NCBI GenBank assembly: GCA_038087875.1
Contig: CM075989.1
Coordinates: 12,898,001 to 12,958,000, forward strand
Direction of reading: 5' to 3'
Length of the DNA stretch: 60,000 nt
Origin: Malacoraja senta
Lineage: Eukaryota
The position numbers and the translations under genes were made by a program. Of the stretch, positions 1 through 9,100 are shown piece by piece (position 1 is the stretch's first letter; every line of letters starts with the position of its first letter). The notes under the pieces were generated by a model. It was given only the letters and a program-made list of their open reading frames with translations. It searched no databases and had not been told where the DNA came from.

Positions 1-35
1 TACCCGCGCCCGTCCCGGGTACCTGCGCCCGCTAC

Positions 36-232
36 CTGCACCCGTGCAGTTTCTGCAGCGTCCGTTGCGCAAACGCATCGGTTCCGAAGAAGAGAATCCT
101 CCAGGGCGGCGCGGCCCGGATCCGCAGCCCATCGACCGAACTGCTCACGGAGAGCAAGCGCTTCACTGCCCATCTAACGCGAGGAAAGCCTGGGGCTGCG
201 GCCCAGGCCCGGCCGGCCCTCGCATTCCACAT
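36..232 (-). CDS. MTFMT: Mitochondrial methionyl-tRNA formyltransferase, first coding exon (gene continues off window start)
   Basis: Reads MWNARAGRAW...AAPPWRILFFGTDAFAQRTLQKLHGC(R). This is an Arg-rich presequence-like N-terminus followed by the PPWR(I/V)LFFGTD motif of vertebrate MTFMT. It ends at a phase-2 donor AG|GTAG (35-34). The start codon is uncertain (see findings). Confidence 0.88.
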
Positions 233-400
233 GCCGGGTGCAGAAAGCCCCGCTCCATCAACCGCTGGGCGCCGCCATCTTGGTGTAGGCAACTTCCGGT
301 CCCGTCGGTTTACTGCACCCGAAGTGAAATGTTCCGCCTGGAGACGCGGGACGGTGAGCGGGGGCGCAGGAAGGCCGCCGAGGTGTCACTCCCTCAGAAG

Positions 401-436
401 CAAAGATACTAGAGGAACGTTCCTCTAGTATCTTTG
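401..436. mobile_element. 36-bp perfect palindrome with 8-bp target-site duplication (minimal hAT-type MITE)
   Basis: CAAAGATACTAGAGGAAC|GTTCCTCTAGTATCTTTG flanked by CTCAGAAG at 393-400 and 437-444; CA...TG termini. Confidence 0.75.
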
Positions 437-859
437 CTCAGAAGGAGCTCGGTGGCCAGTTCCCAGCTCCATGCCGTGGCCCACAGGCCGAGGGGTTGGG
501 AGAGGGGGCACGCTTGCCAAGATGAACCCAGTCTGGAGAAAGATTCCAGCCCGGAACGTCGTCTATCAATGTCCCCCCAGAGATGCTGCCTGGCTCACTG
601 AGTTACTCCAGTATTTGTGTTCTAGACAAGATTCTACCATCTGTAGTTCATTGTGACTCCAGTGATGAGGGATTGATCTGGATCTGGATGTAGTACGCTG
701 AAAAGCTCTAGGTAGAGCATCACTTAGCACTATGATGGTGGTGGACGTGCTAGTTGAGATGGAGATGCTTTTGGAGATGCATCTTTGTATGTGTTGGTGT
801 TTTAGAGATCTCTGATGCTGGCTGGTAGGGTATTCCAATCCCTTGCTGTGTTGAAGAAA

Positions 860-1535
860 AACGAGTTAGAAAGTGCTAATGAAGTGCCCTACGGAATGAA
901 ATAATTTTCAGGTTGGAATCTTCTGGTTGACATGCCTATGGGTGCTTGGATTAACTGGATGTGGTCCTCCATCTTTAAATCAATAGTGGTATTCTTGATG
1001 TTGTGAAATGTCAGTCAGATGAATTTGTGACGAGTAGTAGGTGGATGAAGTTTAAGGTCCTTTATCATGCTGGAGACTGAGCTCTGCCACTTGTAGTTGT
1101 TAGATATGAACCTTGCTGCTCTGTTTTGCACTGTTTGGATCTTATTGATGTTCCCTTGAGTGAAAGGATCCCACATGGAGCAGCAATATTCAACATGTGG
1201 ATATACAAGGCTTTTATATGCTTGGATCTTAACTTCTTTGGGTGCGTTTTGCAGATTGCGACGTAGAAAGCCGATGACACTGCTGGCTTTGGCTGTTGCC
1301 CCTTCCACATGCTTGTTCCATTTCATGTTTTCAGACAAAGTAACTCCAAAGTATTTATGACTAGAAACTGCCTCTAGCTGATGTCCAGAGAGTGTATAGG
1401 AATTATGGATTGGTTTAGATTTCCTAGTAAAACGCATGACATTACATTTTTCAGGTTTGAACATCGTTTGCCATTTCTTCTCCCATCTCTCCAATGAGCG
1501 CAGATCTTTTTGAAGCGTCAGGCAATCATCATGAG
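860..1535 (-). mobile_element. CR1/L2-group LINE, 3' part of ORF2
   Basis: ORF 1015-1563: LQKDL..L.RW..KWQ.F.PEKC, KY.GV.LS..MKW..HV, AYKSLV.PHVEYC...WDP, a C-terminal RT/thumb region. Confidence 0.8.
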
Positions 1536-1561
1536 ACATAGTCATGGTATGTGTATGTCTC

Positions 1562-1959
1562 ATTGAGAGGGGATCTTATAGAAACGTACAAAATTCTTAT
1601 GGGGTTGGACAGGCTAGATGCAGGAAGATTGTTCCCGATGTTGGGGAAGTCCAGGACAAGGGGTCACAGCTTAAGGATAAGGGGGAAATCCTTTAAGACC
1701 GAGATGAGGAAAAACTTTTTCACACAGAGAGTGGTGAATCTCTGGAACTCTCTGCCACAGAGGGTAGTTGACGCCAGTTCATTGGCTATATTTAAGAGGG
1801 AGTTAGATGTGGCCCTTGTGGCTAAAGGGATCAAGGGGTATGGAGAGAAGGCAGGTACGGGATACTGAGTTGGATGATCAGCCATGATCATATTGAATGG
1901 CGGTGCAGGCTCGAAGGGCCGAATGGCCTACTCCTGCACCTATTTTCTATGTATCTATG
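1562..1959 (+). mobile_element. CR1 (HER1-like) LINE 3' end
   Basis: [12 protein letters not shown]...[14 protein letters not shown], followed by 3' UTR GGGCCGAATGGCCTACTCCTGCACC and a (TCTATG)-type tail. Near-identical to copies at 42849 and 46020. Confidence 0.9.
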
Positions 1960-2144
1960 GTACGTTGGTACAACAGGAAGATTAGAAGAAGTTGCTGGAT
2001 TGCAAAAGGGAAAACTGAGAAATAAAGAGTGTGATTACTTTAATGGGGCTAGAGGAGGAAATGTGTAGTAAGATCACAAATCACAAATAGGGAGCTGCAC
2101 GAATTATAGGGTTGTAATAGTGGGGGATTTTAACTTTCCAAATG

Positions 2145-3492
2145 CCATCACTTCTTTCAAGGTGAAAAAGGTTTACTCCTGGATGAGCTCAATGCGTTCT
2201 ACGCACTCTTTGATAGGGAAAACATTGATATGCCTTCCTGAGCCCCATAGCTACTGATGGTATTACAATCAGTTAGAGGCCGACGTCAGATGATACTTCA
2301 AGGGAGAGTGAACCTTCAGAAAACGTCTGGATCTGATGGTATACCTAGTCATGTTTTTAAAACCTGTGCAGACCAACAGGCTGGAGTTTTTGCAGACATC
2401 TTCAACCTCTCCTTACCAAGGTCTGAGGTTCCCACCTGCTTTAAGAGGCCATCAATAATACCAGTGCCCAAGAAGACTAGGGTGACATGCCTCAATGACT
2501 ATCATCTGTGGTGATGAAGTGCTTTGAGAGGTTGGTCATGGCGCATATCAACTCTTACCTTAACAAGAATCTTGACCGATTACTATTTGCCTACCGCCAC
2601 AACAGGTCAAAGGAGGATGTGATCTCACTGGCTCTCCACTCTGCACTGAACCACTTGGACATTAGAAACACATACATCAGGCTGTTGTTTATAAACTACA
2701 GCTCAGCATCCAATACTATCGTCCCCTCCAAGCTAGTTATCAACATCTTGGTCTCTGCGCATCCCTCTGCAACTGGATCCTTGATTTCCTCATCAACAGA
2801 CCAAAGTCTCTTCGAATTGGCAGCAACACATCTTCCACAATAACCATCAGTAAGGGAGCACCTCAAGGCTATGTGCTCAGCCCACTCTATACTCATGACT
2901 GTATAGCCGGACGCAGTGCGAACTCCATCTTCAAGTTCACTGACGACACCACCATTGTTAGACGAATTACAGATGGTGATGAGTCAGAGTATAGACGTGT
3001 GACCGATCGATTGACCAAATGGTGCCAGCACAACAACCTGGCTCTCAATGTCGGTAAAACCAAGGAACTGATTGTGAACTTCGGAAGAGGAAGGATGTGG
3101 ACCCACAAACCTGTCTGTATCAACGGGATGATGGTGGAGATTCCTGGGTGTGCATATTCCTGAAGATCTTTCCTGGACCCAGCATACCGACGCAATTATA
3201 AAGAAAGCCCATCAACGCCTCTACTTCCTGTGGAGTTTTGGTATGTCAGAGAGGACTCTCTTGAACTTCTACAGGTGTACAGCAGGGAACATATTGGCTG
3301 ATTGTATCATGGCCTGGTTCACCCAGGAGCGAAGAAGACTACAAAATGTGGTAAACACTGCCCAGTCCATCATGGGTTCTGACCTCCCCACCATTGAAGG
3401 GATTTACAGGAGTCGCTGCCTCAAAAAGGCAGGCAGCATCATCAGAGACCCACACCACCATGACCACACTCTCATTTCACCCTTGCCATCAG
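2145..3492 (+). mobile_element. Rex1/Babar-type LINE, degraded RT
   Basis: Frameshifted ORFs: [53 protein letters not shown]. The element resumes at ~4381-4660 (RLKNSF...RLLN) after a Helitron insertion. Confidence 0.85.
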
Positions 3493-4373
3493 GGGTCCCA
3501 TGTTCACACGGGAGGGCTGGTCCCCCAACGCAATATTCCAATATTGGTGCCCAGTGGGGGGGGGGGGGCTTTCTGGAGCACTAGTATAGGTGTTGTGGGC
3601 TGAAGGGACTGGTTTCCAGAGGTTTCCAATATTGGTGGCCAGTGGGGGGGGCTTTTCAGAGGGCTAGTATGGACATTGTGGGCCAAATGGATTCTTGGGC
3701 TGGCAGCTCAGTCACTCAAGCCTGGTGTGCTGGCAACTCACTCACTCACGGCTGGTGGACTGGCAGTTGACACGGCTATTCCTTGAAATTCCATTTCAAG
3801 CAGAGTGCAGGCCACCAAATTCAAATGAAGTTTTCTACCATTTCAAGCAGGGTGCAAGGCCACCAAATTCAAATGCAGTTTCCTACCATTTCAAGCAGGG
3901 TGCAAGGCCACCAAATTCAAAAGCAGTTTCATACCATTTCAAGCAGGGTGCAAGGCCACCAAATTCAAAAGCAGTTTCCTACCATTTCAAGCAGGGTGCA
4001 AGGTCACCAAAGTCAAAAGCAGTTTCCTACCATTTCAAGCAGGGTGCAAGGCCACCAAGGTGACCTCTCCCTCCCCAATCTCACAGAGACCGAGCCACAT
4101 CCACACTTCTGGGTTTTATAGTCCCTCCCCCTCCCACCAGAAGGGGTGTGGCCTTCATGGTGGTGATTGACAGGAGAGAGAATCTCAACATTTTTTAAAC
4201 ACTAATAACTCTTTTATTTTTCATCAATGGGGAAAATCCTCTTGTCCTGCACAGCGTGGGGGGATTCTGAGTAAGATGGCCAAAAATCACAGCCGTAGGT
4301 GGTAGCGTTTTTTCTAAAATCAATATGCAGTGCAAACAGGAAATGGTCAAGATGAGACTTTTAATGATACAGA
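3493..4373 (-). mobile_element. Non-autonomous Helitron-like element (3' end truncated) inside the Rex1 LINE
   Basis: 3493-3540 is homologous to 58475-58540. The minus-strand start A|TCTGTATCATTAAAAGTCTCATCTTGACC matches the Helitron 5' region at 57140-57175. Confidence 0.6.
3791..4058 (+). repeat. 48-bp minisatellite, ~5.6 copies
   Basis: Unit CCATTTCAAGCAGGGTGCAAGGCCACCAAATTCAAAAGCAGTTTCCTA, head-to-tail with few substitutions. Confidence 0.95.
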
Positions 4374-5044
4374 TATATATAGGCTTAAGAACAGTTTCCT
4401 CCTGATTGCAAGCAGACTGCTGAACCAATCACATCTGTCACACCCGCTTCCCAGACTCCTGAACCAATCACATATTCTTAACTCTTCCTTATTTGGTTAT
4501 TCTATTATTGTTCTTTAATATTTGTTTTTCACTATATTGCATTGCACTACAATCCAGCAACATTTGCATTTGTCATAGCTTTTAATATATTTTTTACTGT
4601 GAGCTTCATGTGAACAAGAAATTTAATTTCACCCCGGTGTATATGACTAATCTGAATCAGACTCGGCAATAAATAGCACTTCATGATATCAATGGTTTTG
4701 TGGAATTTTGAATGTTAACTTTTATTGAGGAAAAAAAACATAATGAACATTGATGACATTGCTGCAGATGCAAATTCTATTCTCCCTGTAGTTTCCCCAC
4801 AGGTACTCTGACTATTGCAATAAAAACAAAGAATGCTTTCGTTTCTTCCCTTAATTCCGCACGGTGCAGCATAGTAAACATGTAGATACAGAGGGATTGC
4901 TATTGGCACACAGGATGAAGCAAATCTTTAAAACACGTGTGGCACATTTTCAGGAATGTTGAGAATGTTACTTGGGAAGTTGTTTTCACTTGCAGTTGCA
5001 GTTTTAACACCGTGTGCTGTTGCAGTGGACAGTGCATAGAATTA

Positions 5045-5455
5045 GGTAGACAAAAGTGCTGGAGAAACTCAGTGGGTGCGGCAGCATCTATGGAGCGAAG
5101 GAAATGGGCAACGTTTCGGGCCGAAACCCTTCTTCAGTGCATAGACTTGATTGTTTCACATGAGACCACAGATGCTGGAATCTTGAGCAAAACACAAAGT
5201 TCTGGAGGTACTCAGTGGGTCAGGCAGCATCTGTGGAAGGAAATGGACTGACAACATTTTGGATTGGGACCCTTCTTCAGACTATGACTTCATTCTGTAG
5301 CAGAGTCCTGACTCATAACATCCGTTGTCCAATTTAATTCTGAATTTGAGGCAGAAGAAGGGTCTCGACCAAACCCATCACCCATTCCTTTTCTCCAGAG
5401 ATGCTGCCTGTCCCGCTGAGTTACTCCAGTATTTTGTGTCGACCTTAAATGCACA
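5045..5455. repeat. Cluster of Penelope-terminal-repeat-derived short elements (both orientations)
   Basis: Repeated module GCTGGAG(T/A)AACTCAG...GGCAGCATCT...GTTTCGGG...CCCTTCTTCAG and its reverse complement. Confidence 0.7.
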
Positions 5456-6004
5456 AATGCTGCGTGACCCACTGAATTCCGATAGAATTTATGCATCTTT
5501 TCCTTATAGATTAGTCCTGATAACAGAATTGCCAGAGGTATTTTCTCTTTCAATAATCACATTATGAATTGAGTAAACAGATTTTTTTTAAATTCAGAAA
5601 CAATATAGAAATAATATATTTTTGCCCTCCTTGAAGGTAGCACCGGTGACAAATGTAATCATCCTCAACCCAGATTGAAAATAATTATTTGGATTAATAA
5701 TTGAGGCATAAATGATTCACCAGGTCTTAGAACCTGTACCATAAAGTTGAATCAACACAATATCTTGGCATAGTAGTCTTGCAATATGGGAAGGACGGGG
5801 TACACATCACTTCAGTGGTTATCACAGTCTGAGTTCACTATTTCATAGATCATTACTCAGATATGGCTTGGCCTCCGACTCCAAAGTTTCCTGTCATTTT
5901 ATATACAAAACATTCTCCACTGGAGATTAGATCTTGTAATCCTTCCAGCGCTTGTCACCCTCAGCTCATATTTACATTTCCGAATGGCCTTTCAGTTAAG
6001 GACT

Positions 6005-6157
6005 TTAACGCACGGCATTGATAAACCAGTTATTAACAGGATCTTTGTTTTCTGCCACCCATTTGATATTGGCCTTTATTTTCTCCATGGCTTGCTCAAG
6101 TGCTCGAGTTCCAGAACCAAATCCAATGTGCTCGTTGTCCTTCTGGAACTGTTTGAG
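6005..6157 (-). CDS. ANPEP: ANPEP last coding exon (153 bp to TAA)
   Basis: [50 protein letters not shown]; acag| acceptor. Confidence 0.93.
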   Translation of the reverse strand, partial: LKQFQKDNEHIGFGSGTRALEQAMEKIKANIKWVAENKDPVNNWFINAVR

Positions 6158-9100
6158 CTGTTGATTAAACCAGCACAGTACAATGTTTAACTGTTTATCT
6201 TCTTAGTACTAACAGTATTATTTCCCGAGCAAACTTTAATCTCTGACAATTAGCACGATTGGTAAACTTGAGAAATATTGTCAACCCAAGCTTCCAAATT
6301 CCCATCACTTTAATTCTCCAGCCCTCTCCCACTCTGATCTCTGTGCTCAGCGTAAACTTGAATGACGGGAACTCATCTTCTGTTTGTGCTTGTTTCAGCT
6401 CTCAGGACAATATTAAATTTCATCATTTCAAGTAACCATGTGTTCTCCCTGCCCGTCTCTGCCACTGTCTGTCTCTCTCTCTTTTTCTGGTCCCTTCTAT
6501 CTCTCTCTGATATGTTTCTGTCCCTCTCGCTCTCCCAACCCAGATGTAATTATCTTTCTATTTCAAGGTGATTATCTTTCTCTTGGTCTTTACATTTATT
6601 GTCATCGTGACAACTTTGTTCTGCACTCTGTCGCACTCCTCTCTGCAATAACACACACTTTTCCAGTCCTCATGAAGGGTCCTTGACTGGAAATGTTGAC
6701 TGTTTTCACCGTAAATGCTGCCTGAGATGTTGCTGTTTCCAGCATGATCTGCTTCAGTGCAGGAATGTGGCGCTGAATTAAGGTTCAGCAGTGGACTGCA
6801 GTCATGCAGGCTGAATGGTTTACACCTGCTTGAGTGTCCTGCATTCAAATGAACTTGTACCTAGGGAGAGGTAGAAATGGGCTGGAACACGACAAGGTCA
6901 AAAAGAAGCACCAACCTGATTGAGCTCAAACTCTGTTGAAAATCTTTCCGTCACACTGGATATAAGCGAAGAGAATGAAAAAGAGCCTCCACCATACCTG
7001 AACAAAGAAACACTGGCCATTAATCCCTGGGTGCATGGAGAATGCAACCACCCAAGCCACTGGGCCCTGCAGAGTTACAATCCCAAATTGTGCCGGACTC
7101 TCGCTCACAATGTTCGGGTACTCACTGCTCAAAGATGAATGACCACCTTGCTCTTATAAATTCCCATGCCAAGGACTGGCCAACCACGTTACGAGCAATG
7201 GCGGAAATGGTGGAGGTGGCATCCTGCTTCCTGATCATGTCCGGATCCAACGTATATTCAAGGTAGCTTGATGGGAGCAAATGAATAAATAAATAAATAC
7301 AATACTGGAGGCAATTACGCAAAGTGAGAATTTCACCTCCATTTCTCCCTCCACCTCCAGTAGTAGAGTGCTAGAAGGGAGAGATTCCCTCCTGACCATT
7401 GGGATAGCTTGTCATAGAGATCCCCCGGTAATAGGATAGGGGAGGGTAAAGAGTTTCCTTCCACCACCAAGGGGTGGAAGAGAGTGCCAAGCCCTGTGGG
7501 GAGAGAGAGAGAGAGAGATGCCTTCCCTCAGCTTGGGATGGGGACAAGATGGAATTTGCCCACTGGAGCATCTGGTGGAGATTCACCTCACTGCCCAACA
7601 TCAGAGCAGTTAATCCATTAAAATGGAGGTGGGGGTGAGTGGCAGAGGGCATGGTGCCAATGCAGCAGGTGGATAATCTTGTGCGGCAAAGGGGTGAGGA
7701 CTGTGTCAAGAGGACAGGGGAGTAAGCCTACATTGGGGAGGAGACATTGGGGAAGTGGTGGGGAAGGGACCACTGGCAGTGGAGTTGGTGGTTGGTGATG
7801 AGGAGGGAGAAGACCACCAAAACTAATCACTTAACACTGGTCTCTCATGCCATGTTGCTGTGATAGAGTGGGACATTATTATTACAGCTGGGTGCAAACG
7901 GGAGTGAGTGCAAGATTCATAGCAGATCCTTCCTGGGTGGCACACAGTATACATTGCTACTCCAGAGCTCCCAGACCCAGGTTCAATCCCCACTACAGCT
8001 TCTGACTGCGTGGCATTTGCACGTTTTCCACGTGGCCCTGAGAGTTTCCTCTGGGTGCTCCAGTTTACCCCTAGTTACCCTTCATGTAGGTGGATGGCAG
8101 GAGAATCAGGGTGGAGTTGATGAGCAGGAAAGCAAAAAAACGATCACGGGGAAATGTGGGGGAAGGTGGCTGATGAGTTGGTTCTGAGGTAACTTCTTAA
8201 TCAGTAAAGATTCCTGGATTTCCAGAGTCTTGAGTATGCTTGCTAGTGTTCCAAACTCAGTGGCTGCATTTACACCTGTTCTGGGAATGGGGCAGAGACA
8301 TTTTGAGCTGCAGGCTTTCAGAGTGGGAGTCCTACAATAGTTTCGATTAGTTTAGTTTAGAGATGCAGTGGGGAAGCAAAGTAAGAATTTCATTGTCCTA
8401 TCTGGGACACATGACAGTAAACTCTCTTGAATCTTGAAACTGGCCATTCAGCCCACCAAGTCCGCGATGACCAGCGATCCCCACACACTAACACTTTCCT
8501 ACACACGCTCGGGACAATTTACAATTTTACCAAAGCCAATTAACCTACAAACCTATACATCTTTGGAGTGTGGGAAGAAACTGGAGATTCTAGAGAAAAC
8601 CCACGCGGTCGCAGGGAGAATGTACAAACTCCGTTACAGACACCACCTGTCGTCAGGATCTAACTTCGTCTCTGGTGTTGTAACGCAGCAGCTCTAGCGC
8701 TGTGCCACTGGGCTTTCTTTATTTTGCTTCAGAACCGTGGACCATCATAGCCCCTGCCTTTGGTGAACAAGCGTCCACAGCCTGTGAGTATCCATATCCG
8801 GGTAGCAAATTGCTGCCTGATGCTCTCACCGATTCAGCAGCCATGGTTGCTTGGTGCAGGCCAGAGCATGTCGCAGCTTATCCGACTCCGTGGCAATTGT
8901 GGCTTCCTTGAACATTCTCCATGCAAAGCTCCACTGCTCTTCTCCCCCTAATGCTATTGCATTGCAGTAAACTGTCGACTTCAGGTTCAGTGGGATCCTT
9001 TTAATCAGAAATAATATCACAAAATCAGCAGAGAAGAGAATACATGATATTTATCAAGTGGAGCAAGATAGTAATTCACACAACTCTGAAGTAGACATCA

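Larger units (their letters stand above)
1..520 (-). promoter_or_regulatory. CpG-island promoter of MTFMT with YY1-like and ETS/GABPA-like motifs
   Basis: High GC and CpG density. Minus strand has CAAGATGGCGGC at 271-282 and ACCGGAAGT at 292-300, motifs typical of housekeeping/mitochondrial gene promoters. Confidence 0.65.

Noticed and set aside
44..428. Plus-strand ORFs over the MTFMT CpG island (divergent gene?)
   Set aside because: No recognisable protein; typical stop-poor GC-rich antisense frames. The same applies to ORFs at 49285-50934 around ANPEP exon 1.
3791..4058. Possible CRISPR array
   Set aside because: Units are contiguous near-identical 48-mers with no unique spacers; vertebrate context and no cas genes. 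It is a minisatellite.
3695..4121. Repetitive ORFs (HFKQGARPPNSKAVSY)n
   Set aside because: Open frames are a by-product of a 48-bp unit without stops; no splice or homology support.
4721..4726. ANPEP poly(A) signal as a firm feature
   Set aside because: AATAAA is present on the minus strand, but there is no clear GU-rich downstream element; it cannot be fixed without transcript data.
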